From Lophium mytilinum (taxonomy: Eukaryota), in the NCBI GenBank assembly GCA_010093605.1, contig MU004181.1, forward strand, positions 2,356,001 to 2,420,000: 64,000 nt of DNA, in the 5' to 3' direction. The notes beneath the pieces were generated by a model that saw only the letters and a program-made list of their open reading frames with translations, had not been told where the DNA came from and did not search any database. The position numbers and the translations under genes were made by a program. Positions 1-13,549 of the stretch are shown here, in pieces (the first letter of the stretch is position 1; every line of letters starts with the position of its first letter).

Positions 1-1533
1 AAGGGTGCCTTCATGTGGCAGTATTACGGATAAGCCAGAGTTCCAAATGAACCTGCGTATACATATCCAGCCCTGCCCACGTCTTCAAGAGCCGGAATGT
101 ATTGCAAATTTAGCATATTAGGGGACGATACCTATGAGATAGTTTCCATCTCTGGCAACTCATTGAAGCATTCAAGATCATTAGCCATTGCCACCCTTTC
201 CAAAGTTGATGACTGAATCTTTTGATGATACCATGTAATGCCAAATGTTTAAGCAAATTCAATTGACACGGCTTTCCATACTCCTGACCTGAGGGTTGCT
301 GAAATTCCAAGCACAATGGGCGCCGGGCTGCTATTTGACTAGCCTGCTGAGCCACTCGTTGCAGTGCTGTCGAACGAGTATGAATAGAGCCCGAGCGATC
401 ACATATCCGATTCTCCAAACTCACTCTTACATATGCTGTAGAGATTAGACTGCATTTTGACTGATTGGCCAGCTGCTTGTTGGGCCACCCTGACAGTTGT
501 ATCAAGCGAGCAACGGTGAAGTCTTTTGGAGCCTAATTCGATATCTTGATGTATATAAAGCATAATGCACGATAGAGATAGAAACTCAGTCGTCGATGCC
601 TCTACGTTCCACTAAGGTTGAGGAGGAGTCTCAAACTGTCCAAGCTTCCTCCGATGGCCTCGATACGTCAAGATTTAGCCTGTTCTAGACCTTCGGGACG
701 GCTAATCTCCATATTTCATATTATTTCTGGGGCAAGGGTTCTGAAGCCTCCTCCAACAACCTCTTTCTCCTGTTCGACATCGCTAGTGTCACTTCGACAT
801 CCGGTCAAGTATCTTTTTCTTTCGCGTATCCAGTTTACCCCAAACAAGCCAATAATGTCGAGGCGCCACAGAATATATAAGCGACGGAGTACACAACCGA
901 TATTTTATCGATTATTTCTAGTATGCCAAACGTTCTCAGACTTCGGTCTCATTTTACTAACAGTAAACACTTCGATGGAACTCTGCTTCTCATCTCTTCT
1001 ATGGACCTTCTACTTTCACTGTGCTTCATTGTCACCATGTTATTATCACGCAGTCTCCTCCAGAATCCTCCGAATATGCATGGCGTTTCCCGTTGCCGAG
1101 GATGCATGGGATGCGGGACGGGCGGTGTGAGGCTAGGAGGGCCGCCCCGCCTAGAACCCGTTGCTGCCGGGCCTGTGGGACACGTTGATTATCTCTAGCT
1201 ATCTTGAACCCAGCTTAGTGAGTTCCAGGATCCAGTCACAGCTGGTGTGCCAGCAGCGAGGATGCACGAAGTAACGCAGATGGGCCTCTTGCTGCACATG
1301 CCCCGCGGCATGACTTCCTATTAGCACCTTTGTGCCACCCTGGGATAACTAAGTGCTTGGTCGAAAGACTTTCCTGTACAAAGATCGAGGGTCCAGGTGC
1401 CCCTCATCCTGTGCTGTCAATGCTTACCTTCTGTTCCCCAATTTCTTTCGTCAAGTCCCATTGAGAACCGCAGGAACGGTACAGCACTTCCAATTGGATT
1501 TTATTTCTATCATCAAAGTAACATCGAGCAACA

Positions 1534-3275
1534 ATGGCGCCCAAAGAGAGCGTCCTAGTGGACGAGAAGATGACCACAGCATCATCCGAGGACCGTGGCA
1601 TTGGAACCGAGTCCCTGGAAGCACCTCCAGTGGATCGTAGGATGATGCTCAAGCTCGATCTGAGACTTGTACCAATACTAGGCGCCTGTTATACGATCAT
1701 GTTCCTTGACAGGACCAACAGTACGTCAAAATCGTAGTCACTCATCCCTGCGCATCACTGCCGACTGACCAGCTTCACAGTTGCAAATGCACGTATCGAA
1801 GGCCTTGAGAAGGGTCTCAATTTCCCTAGTGTCGGATTTAACACCGCCTTGTGGATCTTCTATATTCCCTTCGTACTTGTCGAAATTCCTAGCAACTTGA
1901 TCATGAGTCTTCCGCGCGTGAAACCAAATTGGTTTCTGGGAATGAACGTCCTCATTCTCGGCATCGTATCCACGTGCCAAGGACTCTCTCACTCGTATTC
2001 CGGGTTCCTTGCGGTACGCTTCTTCATGGGAATATTCGAAGCCACCCTTCCTTCAGGTATGTTCGTTGTGAACCCAACTTATCAACCGTGGGGCTAAGAG
2101 CGGCATCTCAGGAACTGCATTTTTAGTAGCGTCGTACTACACCAAGAGGGACGCAGCAGTCCGATTCGGTGTATTCTTCGCGTTTGCTCAACTTGGGCCT
2201 TGCTTCAGCGGAGTACGTAGACCCCCCGCCTCCCAGTGTCGTAGGCATGAGCGGTCACTGACAAAGAATAGCTGCTAGCATATGCTCTTGAACATATGGA
2301 CGGTGTGAATGGTCTTGCCGGATGGAGATGGATCTTCATCATGGAAGGCATAATGACCATTATCATTAGCTTCCTTGTTGTGCTCATCGTCCCCAATTTT
2401 CCAGAAAGGGCCAAATTCCTCACATCTGACGAACGTGCCCGGCTTCAACAGAGACTTGTTGCCGACAAAGGAGTGGAGAGTCTCGATATGAAGAATATTC
2501 CTTGGCTGAAGGTCATTTTTGATTACAAGATCTGGATCCCGTAAGTCTCCTGTCGAGTGGCGATTATCTGGGCACCATGGTGCATGCTCATTCCTCTAGC
2601 ACCATCTTTTTCTTCTGCTCCGATATGACCGCCGCCTCTATGTCATCGTTCATTCCCACTATCCTCGTAGAGCTCGGCTGGAAGACATCTAGAGCTCAAG
2701 TCATGACGATACCGATCTGGGTCACGTGCATCGTCGTCCAGGTCGGTACCGCGTGGGTCGCTGGCCGCACAAGGACCCGCTCCCCCTTCATCCTCGGCGC
2801 TATCTGCGTCGTCATCGTCGGGTGGGTGATCCAAGTCGTTCACGTTCCCTCCGCCAGCGTCCGATATATGTCACTCTTCTTTCTCGGTGCTGGGACCTTC
2901 ACTCAAATGACCCTGATTGTTAGCTGGATGACTTGCAACTTGCGTGGCAGGGCGAGCACGGCAATTGGCGCCGCGTTGCTTCTCGGTCTCGGGAATTGCG
3001 CCAATTTCGTTGCTTCGAACGTATTTATCACTAAGGAGAGGCCCTTGTACCCGTAAGTCAACTTCTTATATACCTAATAAACCTAAAGGAAGAGACCATA
3101 ATAATATATGGCCAGGACCGGATTTCGAACTGGATTGGCTGTTACTGTTCTTGGGTTCGTATCGGTGGTAATATACACCGCAATTTTGGCGTATCATAAT
3201 AAGAAGCTGGATGGGAAAAGGAAGCAGACTGGAGATTGGGAAGATACTCAGGAGGTTTACCGGTATGTCCTCTAA
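1534..3275 (+). CDS. MFS transporter, Dal5/Tna1 (anion:cation symporter) family; 6 exons
   Basis: Hand-spliced: introns 1721-1780, 2057-2111, 2213-2271, 2541-2599, 3053-3115. Motifs KLDLRLVP, DRTNIANARIEGL, VEIPSNL, GLAGWRWIFIMEG, WMTCNLRG; stop TAA at 3273-3275. Confidence 0.92.
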
Positions 3276-3425
3276 GCAATGTGGTTCACGAAGGATGCAA
3301 CCGCCCGCTATGCTAGTACGGTTTAAACGACGTAATGACTCAGGAGAGCGAGACTGTAGATGGATTTAAATAGATTGGAAAGAACGGATTTTGCTTATAG
3401 TGTCTTGTTTCAAACCTAGACACAT

Positions 3426-3662
3426 GGAGATATCGCTTCTTGAGTGTCTCTTTTGAAAGCTAGATATCACTGTCAGGAGTAGCCCCGCTAGCACGTAGGC
3501 GGTTGGTTAAGAAGTAGTCCAATAATTGCTGCATGGGCCTTGAAATTGCGTTGAAGTAGCTCTGAGTTTAGCCATTTGGATATACCACTGCATTAGTGTT
3601 ACTTTGGAAGCTATTTACTACTGTCAGGAGTAGCTCCGCTGGCAGGTAGCCGGCCAACCAGA
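3426..3662. repeat. Degenerate ~85-bp direct repeat, two copies ~151 bp apart
   Basis: Cores CTGTCAGGAGTAGCCCCGCTAGCACGTAGGCGG (from 3470) and CTGTCAGGAGTAGCTCCGCTGGCAGGTAGCCGG (from 3621), each preceded by a similar TTT(T/G)GAAAGCTA-like stretch. Confidence 0.75.
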
Positions 3663-4406
3663 TGGCTGTCAGATATCTACTACGTGAACCTGGACATTAA
3701 CTTAGAGTAGCCATAGGTCTAACCACATGGATGTCAACACGCCTGAGTGTCCCCCGCAGGGTTTCGAAGACTCAAGGGCGATGTAAAGCTTCAAGCAGTG
3801 CAGATTAGACTGCCTCTTGAGTAATTGCCTGCTCAGCAGCCAGGCCACCCCCGACAGTGGTGTTGAGTGGGCAAATTGGAGCCGAGTCTGTATTGCCAGA
3901 CTTGTGGCCTGTCCATCCTTATGGTAAGTACACTTCACACCCCCCAGCGTCGACAAGCCAAATCATGTAAAGAGTATCGATTATAATCCCCGAAAGCCCT
4001 CCAAATATCTGCCGTAACCAAGCAGGCCGTTATGATACACTCAAATCCCACCAAACCCATCTCACCAATCCTCTCTATGGACAATCTGAAGCCACACCAC
4101 CTCGAAGAAGAGAAGAGTAAAGATGAGAGAGGAGAGTACACCCAAAGCCTCCCAAACCGCTTCGCCCCGGCCCACCTATCCAAACCCCCCGGTATTTGTA
4201 GCATAACGCAATTTAGTCGTAACCCATGTCTCGTAATCCTTTCGCTCGCCATGCCCATCCAACGCAATGCCGCAACGAGACTACAGTCTACAAAGAAGCC
4301 CGATCCGAGAATGATTCGTTGAAGTCGTCGAGTCGTCACCAAAGCGCCCTTTTCACGCTAAAGAAAATACGCTACTGCACTGGAGTAAGAATACCGTAGA
4401 GGGGGG

Positions 4407-7400
4407 CTAAGTATAGCTCCTCATAGCGTCCAGGTACCCAGTGCCGCCCTTCAGATCATGATCAAAGTCCTCAGCAACCTCAAGCACGCGCTTGATGTGT
4501 TCGAGGGAGAAAGATTCCTGTTCGGAGATGGCAAGGGATTGGGCGGTGCGGACTGCGTTTTTGATCTAAACCCCACGTTAGCAATGCTCTTCAATAGCTG
4601 AGTTAGAAAAAGGGGAGTTCTTACCTGCCGCCCATTCAGGTTGTTCCTCGCCAGCGCATCAAAGTCCTTCTCCCCGAACGGCGTGACCTCAAGCCCCTCG
4701 ACCACCCTCACCTTCTCCACGAACGTCTTCCAGATCTCCTTCTTCGCTTTCGGCGTCAGCTCGCCGTAGCGCAGCGGCATGTGGATCCGGCTCTGGAACG
4801 CGTCGTCGAACGTCTCAACGCGGTTGGTGGTTAGGAAGAGAATGCCCTGGAAGTACTCGAGCAGGCGCAGGAAGATGGAGACGAGGGCGTTGCGGTGGAT
4901 GTCGTGGACCTCGCGCTTCTCGAGGAAGACGTCGGCTTCGTCAAGGAGCAGGACGGCGCCCCAGGAATGCGCGATGTCCATGATCTTTTGGAGCTCGTGT
5001 TCGAGCACGCGGCTGTCGGTGCCGAGCTCGCCGGCGCTCACTGCGTAGAGGGGGCACTTGAGGTACTCTGCGATGCCTTCGGCGGTGAGGGTCTTGCCGA
5101 CACCGGGAGGGCCGTGTAGGACGAAGACGAGACCACGGCCCTTGCCTTGAACAACATCGTCGATGGTTTCCGCAGCGTGGAACTTGTGGCTTGACACCAT
5201 GCCCTTGACGATGGACTTGTGCGCGGCTGGAAGGACGAGGGAAGAAAACGCGCCCTCGTTCCACTCGATGTCGCGAATACCGCTGAGCGAGAACTCGAGC
5301 CACAGCTTCTCAGAGAAAGCAAAGCCAAGTACAACGGGCGAGGCGATGAGGAGCTCCTCTTCGCTGAACTGGTGGGTCTTGACGCCTTCCTTGGTTTCTA
5401 TCGAGTCAAGCTTCTCAACTTGGATCTCCTTCCCGTCCTCATCGACCGGGACAGTGATGACATGAACTTTATCGTCCTTGTCAAAGAAGACCTTCGTCTT
5501 AGTACGCTCCCGGTCTTCCTTGGCTTCATTGTAGTTCAACGGACCTTCTCCGCCCTCCGCGGGGCCCTCTTCGTCCGAGGAGTCACAGCAGTCGGAGCAA
5601 TCATCAGAGTCGCTGTCATTGAACGGGTCCTCGCTATCCTTGGGCTTGATCAACGAGATGGGGTAGTTGGGATTAATCCGCCGGAAGATCGCTGGATCCA
5701 CCATGACTCTTCCATTGATATTGACCTTTGCAACGGCCTTCTTCTTCTTCTGGAAAGCGAGTCCTTTGTGGAAGCGGTAGTTCATGCCCTGCATCGCGAC
5801 GAAGCGTTTCCCTCGCTCGATGAGCTGCTTCTTGAGGCTCTCGGGATCCTTGTGGTATGTTAAGGGATACGTGGCCAAGCTCGTGATCTTCCGCGGGCCC
5901 TTGAAGGATTCGACGTGAACCTCGAAGTCGCCGAGCCCGAAATGCTTGCCGTCATATTCCAAGTAGCGCCCTTCAATACAATACCATTCTCCACGGATGA
6001 AAGAGCTCTCCTTGTTGGCATAGTCGACCTTGAAGCAACGAGGGTCGTCTACGGATCCATAGGTGGCGGTGTAGGCAAGAGAATTGGGTTTGAACAACGC
6101 CCACAGAAGTTCGAAGGTAATGTTGCCAGCCTTCAGCATCGGGTAGAGCGTCTTCTTTGTCTCCTCGTAGTCCTCGTTGATATAGGTGACCAGGAGCTTG
6201 CAGTGGGCGATCTGCAACGACAGCCGCTTCTTTATTTTCCGCTTCTTCTCTTTCTTTAGCTGAGCCTTGAGTGTCTTTTTGTAGTGTACTTTGATTTCTT
6301 CGAGGTAGAGGAACAGCATATTGGGATCAACCTGAGTGCTATTAGCATCAATGTCAAAAAACAGAAGATCAGAAACTTACGCTAGGTTGCTCTTCTACCA
6401 GCGAGACGCCTTTGACATCCTTCATCACTTCAGCGAGAGCATCTCGGAGAGGCTTTGACTTGATATCAACAACGGTGTTGCGGTACTTGTTCTCCCAGTC
6501 AAACTTCCTACGAACAGTGAAGACCTAGAGAATCGTTAGTTTGAGAACTTGGACCGCAAACTTTGAGTAGTATATGCACATTATGATAACGGAGTGATAG
6601 CAGAAAAGATGACCACTTACGTATTCATTAAACTCGTCCACTTGGTCCTCGGCACTCTCCGTCAACTTGTAGTTGTGTATGGTGCTATCCCACAGCTGAT
6701 CAACACGCTTGAACTCTAGTGTCGACGCCCTCTTGCTCGCCTTCTTTTTGCCCTTCCTCTTTGACTTGGTGCCTCTCCTTCCAGAGGTAGGAGGGTCAAG
6801 GCCATCGGGAGCCGCAGCCCTCTTCCTCCTTGATCCTCCTATCGCAGCAGTCAGCTGCTGCTGCTGGAGTTGAATCTGCAAGGTCGCAATCTCATTGCGT
6901 AGCCTAGTCGCCTCATCCTCCTCCACAGCATCACCAACACTATCCTCCGTCTCGGAGTCCGTCTCAACAACTCTCCGCGACTTCTTCGACCGACGATGGC
7001 GGCGGCGCGGCTCCTCCTCAGACTCTGAATCCGACGACTCAGAATCCGAATCAGAGTCAGACGAGTCGGACGACGACGCATAGCGCTTGGCCTTATTCCG
7101 CTTCTTCTTCGCCGCAAGCTTTGCCTTCCTCTTCTTCTTGGCCTTGCGCTTTTTCCGCCGCTCCTCCTCCTCGCTGTCCTCACTGCTGCTGTCACTGTCC
7201 GAATCGTCGTCTGACGAGTCGCTGTCGGAGGAGCTGCTGGTGTCTATGCTCTCCTTGCGCTCCGCCTTCTTGCTGCTCTTGGAGTGCTTCTTGCATTTGC
7301 CCTTCTTCGCCTTCTTCTTCTTCTTCAGCGCCGAGCTGCTGGCGGCGGCTCCGTCCACGGCAGTCCCATTAACGTCCCCCAGGCTCGTTGTAGGAGGCTC

Positions 7401-7457
7401 AGAGGTGGGGTGCACCGTCACCTCGTCAGCCGCGTTCTCTTCCCTAGCAGTGTCCAT
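4407..7457 (-). CDS. Fungal AAA+ ATPase with Lys/Ser/Asp-rich low-complexity N-terminus; spliced
   Basis: Walker A GPPGVGKT, Walker B LLLDEAD, FLRLLEYFQGILFLTTNR, DDAFQSRIH, LNGRQ|IKN across the last intron; last exon ends MRSYT-TAG at 4407. Start at MDTAREE (7457) is uncertain; an in-frame ATG lies at 7697. Confidence 0.93.
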
Positions 7458-8781
7458 GCTCGCTTTGTGTAGTTTCTCGTGCAAAGACCCGCTGGACCCA
7501 GAGGGAGAGGCGGGGGTGGGTTGCGGGGTGCTGGAGGATGTGCTCGAAGCGGGTGTATAGACGGGGTTGCTCTTTGGTTCGCTCGTCGTTGCGGTTCTCG
7601 TGGTCTCGGAGGAGGTGGGCACAGAAGACGTGGCCGTGACGGAGGAGGGTCTGATTGTGGGAGAGAGTGTGGTGGTGCGGCGGTCCCGTTTGTTCATCGG
7701 AGAGCCAGCCGCGTCTATCAGGCAGTGAGAGTCTGCTTGTCCGTCCAGATCGGGACCGAGTCAATCAAGTCAAGAGAGCAGTTGTGTGATGGGGAGGACG
7801 TCGCCGAATGGACTGGCGGTGGTGGGTTGGTTCCGAACAGTGTTGCACAGCTTCACGAGGACGGCCAGTGAACAACGAATCCGTTGAGAGGCACAGCGGC
7901 GTCAGGACTGGGTACGTACCTTTAGTGAAAGGCAGCTATCCGTGTGGAGGCAATAAGGCGGAGAGAGCAAAGACGGGTAACGACGGACATATATATATAT
8001 TTATACAGCTGTGTACTATGGAGGGCAGACCTTGCGCAGCTGAGGCAGCTTCGCTGTGGACTCGAGGCCGGTGAAGGGATGCGTCTGCCTGCTGGTGCGG
8101 CCAACACATGCACCCTGCTCTGATGACTCCACGCGGCGAATATCAGAAAGGGCTGGAGGGCGGTTTAGCTATGCCCGAGCCTCGCGTCAGAAACGTCCAC
8201 TCCACCACGCGCATCGACCATCGCCCCGGATATAAATGTGGACCCCGCAAACGTGTCGCGCCATGCACTCGTCCGCTGCCGTCCCAAACACCCTCAGACA
8301 GCATCCACCACAGCTAGAGCAGCCAAAGACACAGTCCAGAATTGATGCGTAGAGGCCTGTTGCGCCCCGATTATACTGCACGCCGAACCCTCCAGCCCTG
8401 ACCCCCGGCGGCCTCACCGCTTTCTAGATCGAGGCACCAAGCAATTCGTGCATTGTGGAGTTGAGCAGGGGCGCCCTATTGCGCTAAAGAGGCTGCCTGG
8501 TGCATGGTTGGAATCTGCACGTGAAAATGGGCACCCACTTTTGCATATTCTAAATTTAAGATGTCATATTGTCGTACTGTGCAGTTCTAGCAGCCTTGTA
8601 GAATCTAGTTCGACGATCGCGCCGTGAACCAAAGTTACGCACCACAGTCCCTCAAGCGCCTATGCATGCTGCGTCCTGCAGTCCCCGTCCCAAATCGTGA
8701 CACGCGATCCCAAAAAGAAACACCTTCTCCTGCGCCATGCACTCATCCTGCCCTCCCGTCGTTCCGGTCCATGGACTCGGG

Positions 8782-10661
8782 CTAGTCTTTCGATCTCAGG
8801 CCCAGGTGGCCCAATGAGTGCCCGCTTGGCGTCTTGAGCTCAGATTCGGGTTTCCCGTCCGGGAGGTCGCCTGTTGAGACGCCTGTTATACCCATGGAGG
8901 GCTCTGCGGTCGTCTCTGGCGACTGCACGCTGGGTACTGCAGACGCTGGTGCGCTGGATCCTGCAGGCGTTGCTGCTGGCTGCGGGAGATCTTTCGATAG
9001 AGGCAGCGGCCCGGGTGTCGATGCGGATTCCGCGCTTGATGGTTCCTCAATATTCTCCTCGCCATTGGGTCCGTGGGCGCGGAGACCCTCGTGAACGTCG
9101 TCCTGTCCGTCGTGTGCTCCTATTGTGCCAGCTTGGCTCTTGACGTTGCTAGTTGTGCTGACGTCCGAACTCGATCCTATTGGAGTCTCTTTGCGTAGTC
9201 CAAGATCTCTCCCTTCGCTAGGGTCTGTGCTCTTCTGTCCATGCCAATCTGCAGGCGCGGCCTGCTTGACTTCTTCTCCTTCTTTGGGCTCGTGAATGAC
9301 GACCGGTGGTTGCTCTTCTTCTGGTAATGCCTTCCACACTACCGCAAACCTGTCGAAAGCCCGGGTGCCTTTTCTGCTACTACCCTTGATCCCGTCCATT
9401 TTGTCCCAATGTATTTCGAAAACACCAGAGTCATCTGGCTTCCCACCGTTCTCACAGCCATTGCCTTCGAAGAACGCGTTGAACCACACGTGTGCTACTG
9501 AAGTAACCATTGTGAGACCATACGCCGCTTTGTTCCGCCGTTCGACGTCGATGTTCATATCGTTGGTCGGAAGAACTACCCGTTTCGTGGGGCGGAAGAT
9601 AACGTCTCCGCCATTTGTCGTCTCATCTTCTTCCTGTGGCGCACCTTTCTCATCTTCGCTCGACGAGGACTGCCCATCGAGACCGGCCGGGAAAGTTTGC
9701 GCCCCTCTCAAAGCCTGAACGTTGCTCTTCTGGCTTCCCTCCGCCAGTGCAGACGACGACGATGACTTCTTCTCTTTCTCCTTTTTATCCTTCCCATTGC
9801 CCTTCCCCATCACCTCCGCGACCACACTCGCCAGCCCGGCACTCGGCTCAATCTCCCCCCTAACTAGCTCCCTCTCTTGACCCGAGAACGTATGGAACTT
9901 CTTAATTGTCTTCCCCTCATCCACAAACCCCTCCACAGAAATCTTGACCCCATCCCGCAGCCCCCAAACATGCACCTCCAGCACCTCCACCTGCCTCTCC
10001 ACATACACCTTCCCATGCTTTGCCCACCGATCCACATATCTGATCCACCGAAGCTGGCTCGGTATCGACACGCCTGCCCCAAACCCAGGCCGCATCCTCC
10101 TCTCCGTGAACCGCGCCAGCGCATCTTCCACCTTCCACCCGTCCTCACTGATTAAGTACGAGCAGCTCGCCGTGCCGCTCCGCCCCTTGCCTGCCTTGCA
10201 GTGCACCACAACAACCCTATCATCATTCGCGTGCAGCCAGTTGCGCATGCTAGCCATGATGTGCGGGATCAGCGCGAAGGGCGGCGGGTGGTGGTCCGGG
10301 AAGGGGTAGTGGTAGACACGGCCGTAGACCTCTGAGTCCGGGTAGCCGGTGCCCTCGGCGCGGAACTCCCATATCGCCCAATTATCCTTGTGCTTGTAGT
10401 CGAGGAACTTGACGAGCGCGTCCAGTGGGTTGCGGTAGGCGCGTTGGGGGTAGGTGCCCGAGGGGCCGGAGGTTGCGATGACTGTAGAGAGGCCATGTTG
10501 TCAGTAACTGTAGTATGGGGGCCCCTCGAGGAAGGCGAGAAAGGTTCGGTGGCTTGGATTGTGGTATACACACTTTTGTCGGTCACGTAGCAGAGGTCTA
10601 GGCCAGCTTCTGGATGTCTGGCCCGAGGGCCTGCGACGATTTGGCGCAGTAGTGAAGCCAT
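8782..10661 (-). CDS. TEP1: PTEN-like phosphoinositide/dual-specificity phosphatase
   Basis: N-terminal LRQIVAGPR..LDLCYVTD, YRNPLD, YPFPDHHPPPF, catalytic HCKAGKGRSG, GVSIPSQLRW; one intron near 10482-10571. Confidence 0.92.
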
Positions 10662-11058
10662 GGTGTAATTGCTTTCGTGTTATGTGCGGTGCGGAGTGTA
10701 TGCTGACATTTTCGAGAAGCAAGGTTGCAGGAGGTAGCGTTGGGATATCAGAGATGTTCAAGGTTAACAAACAAGCGAGACGTCATCGACACATGAGTTC
10801 GTGAAGGGCTCCTTGGCATGCACAGTTTCAGCTAGTCTACTATGGGAGGGCCCCTGATACCATTATCGGAAGTGTAGACTGAATGAAAGACGTCTGCTAT
10901 GTGAAAATCTTCATCAGAGAGAATGGAGATTGTATTTGCAGGTGTTGTTTAGAGAACTAGAAGGAATTACCAGCGAACGATAGTAAACAAACCAACGAAT
11001 TATTCTCATATACATGATCATACATAACATTAGATTCAAACTGCGTAAGCACCCAGTA

Positions 11059-12953
11059 TCATTGTCCGTAGCTAGAGACAGTGGCAGAGTCTTGAGGCCC
11101 CTCAAGAAGAGGCTCATAGTCCACTGTCTTGGAAGTCCCTCCCACTTCCGAGAAGCCTTCCGGTCGCATTCCCGCCTTTTCCAAAATGGCCAACGGCTTC
11201 CATAATTGTACATCCAGCCTGTTCATATCCGCGAGAACTTCGTACGCCCGCTCATCCTTGCTGCGAGCGCAACTTTGAATCAGTAACGAAAAAGAGCCGT
11301 CCCGAGGATGCCAACCCTGGTCTCTCATTTCATAGTAATAGCGGAAGGCATCGTCCAAGTCGCCACACTCGGTACAGACTAGGATAAGCCGGTCGTAAGT
11401 CAGGAGGTTGGGTCTGATGTTCAGCTGAAGCATCTCAGCCGCTAAAAACATAGCTAATTCCTTGCGTTTTGCGGTACGGCATCCTTGAAACAATGTATTG
11501 AAGGTCTCGGCATCTGGGCCTTTCGAACTGATTGTGTGAAGTGCTTTGTACACTTCAATCGCTTGCTCGAGATCTGGTATCGCGACGCATGTCTGAATTA
11601 TGGCGTTTACTGCTGCCGTTGGAACTTTCCGCTGGCTTTGGGCAAACTCTTCTAGTAGATTGAAAGCTTCCATGGGCCTAGTTGAATCCTGCCGGAGATA
11701 CGCAACTAAGGGGTTTGCGGTATTCAGATCAGCTTTCACACCTGCCTCTTCCATGACCACTAGGACCGTAAGAGCAGTTTTGAGATCTCCGGCCGTAATA
11801 TAAGCTTCCAGGAGCATTTCGTAATCCAATTGGCTGAAAATGGTTTTGCGATTAGACATGACTCGAAAGACGTCAGTAGCTAGATGGGCATCGCCGTTCC
11901 GAGCTGCAGTATTTAATACGTTCGAACAGATTCCGGAGGACGGAATGAAGTAGTTTGGCTCGACGCGCTCAGTCCAAACGAGCTTTACGAGCTCATGCTA
12001 GATACATCGTTAGCTACGCTCATAGTGCTTATTAGAAAGGGGCTTACGTGAAATGTTTCACTCCCCACATCCAGCAGCATATGCCACAGCGCGGGAGATA
12101 TATCCTCATTGCCAAGATTTCGCCGCCTCACCGTCAACTGATAAGCCTCTTCAACCTCCTTAACATCAAGAAGCATGAACGTAGCTTTGTCGTAAAGCCA
12201 CGTAGGTACTCGCCCTTGGCCCTGTTTCTCCATTTCCTCGATTTTATCTAGAGCCATCTCAAAAGAGCGTTCTCGAAGCAACCCTGCAGCAACAGCAGCC
12301 TGTCCGTTTTCGGACAATTGTAACCACCTCTCCTGCATATATTCGAGGACTTCGCTACGTAAGATAGCATTGGGATGGACTGCAAGCGCCTGAGGAGAGA
12401 GGTTAGAATATACGGAACAAGCGTTTCTCGGAGGGAACAATGGTACCTGGAGAACATCGTGGCATACTCCTGCATCTGCTTCAATCCCTTCATTCTCCAT
12501 CTCTAACAACAGTGCCGATACTCTTCCTGCATGACCATGTAGCGGATGAACGTTGGCAAGGATCATGGCTGAGTATAATCTAGCATTAAGCTTCTCTCCG
12601 CGACCTTGAATAAGATACTGAACAGCATCCTTGACTTCATTATAGTTTCCAGCGGCTGCGTACGTACGTAGCCTTCCGTACAACTGCTCGGTTGTTTCAT
12701 TGGCGTGGTGGTAGTCTTCAGGTCTACTCCCTTCTGGTCGCCATGGAGGTTCTCCGGCTCTTGCTTTTCTCGACTTGCCGTCAGGGAACAGCCCCGTGTC
12801 CGTAAATGGAGAGCGTTTCCTCTTCGAGTGAGGTTGCTGATATGCCCTGACCGATTGTTGGAAAGGTGTTCGGAGAGTTTTGGAGGGTGTTTTTAGTCGG
12901 AAGGCTGGACATAGACAACGCCATAGGCCATCGACTACCAATGGCCTTTGCAT
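11059..12953 (-). CDS. Pentatricopeptide-repeat protein, probably mitochondrial; spliced
   Basis: PPR-like repeats (PDAETFNTLFQGC, IRPNLLTYDRLILVC, NARLYSAMILAN); N-terminal VDGLWRCLCP; introns near 12389-12445 and 12000-12047. Confidence 0.88.
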
Positions 12954-13549
12954 TGAGGTGTGGTCGTAGAAAGATTGCTTTTGCGGGCATGAGAGCGGAG
13001 TCGCGGCGATAAAGTTGGCGTCGGAGGTCTTCAGGCGTATTTGTCGTGGCCAATCATCAGCCACTAAAATATCGAATAACCTCGAATTATATGATTGGAC
13101 GAGACTAAGCTGTATCGTAGTACAAAGGATATTCAACATTAACCGTCGATTTGAAGTGGGATAATGCGACTTCAGCGCGAGTTATACGCTGCATGCCTAT
13201 GTCTAGCCGCCTTCTCAGTTAAAACAGTCACAGCCTTAAGAGTCCAGGCGGGTAAGAATATACGAGAACACGACGAGGCATTGAATGTTTAGTATCAGGG
13301 TTCAGGTATCCTATTCACTGTAGCAACAGCTTGTCCTACGTAGTATCCCTCAACCCACCCTACCGATTCAAGCCAACGCCAATGTTGCAAGATCTCTGAA
13401 TATCCACCCTTAACGCCAGGCTATGCCGATAAATCCTAAGTGTGAAACGAACCTAAAGATGTGCCCTTTTAGTAATACCCTAACGCCTGACCTCTCCCAA
13501 GATAACCGCTCAATTGATACACACCGCGGAAGTTTGCCAAGAAGGCGCA

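Noticed and set aside
1..1500. ORFs 110-505, 618-1130 and 923-1198
   Set aside because: No recognisable motifs or codon bias; two begin at non-ATG codons.
4779..7871. Long antisense and alternative-frame ORFs over the AAA+ gene (similar ones over ATRIP, EMW1, AIM18, SPP1)
   Set aside because: Shadow ORFs expected from GC-rich codon usage on the opposite strand.
7988..8001. (AT)n tract upstream of the AAA+ gene
   Set aside because: Short microsatellite or TATA-like tract, ordinary.
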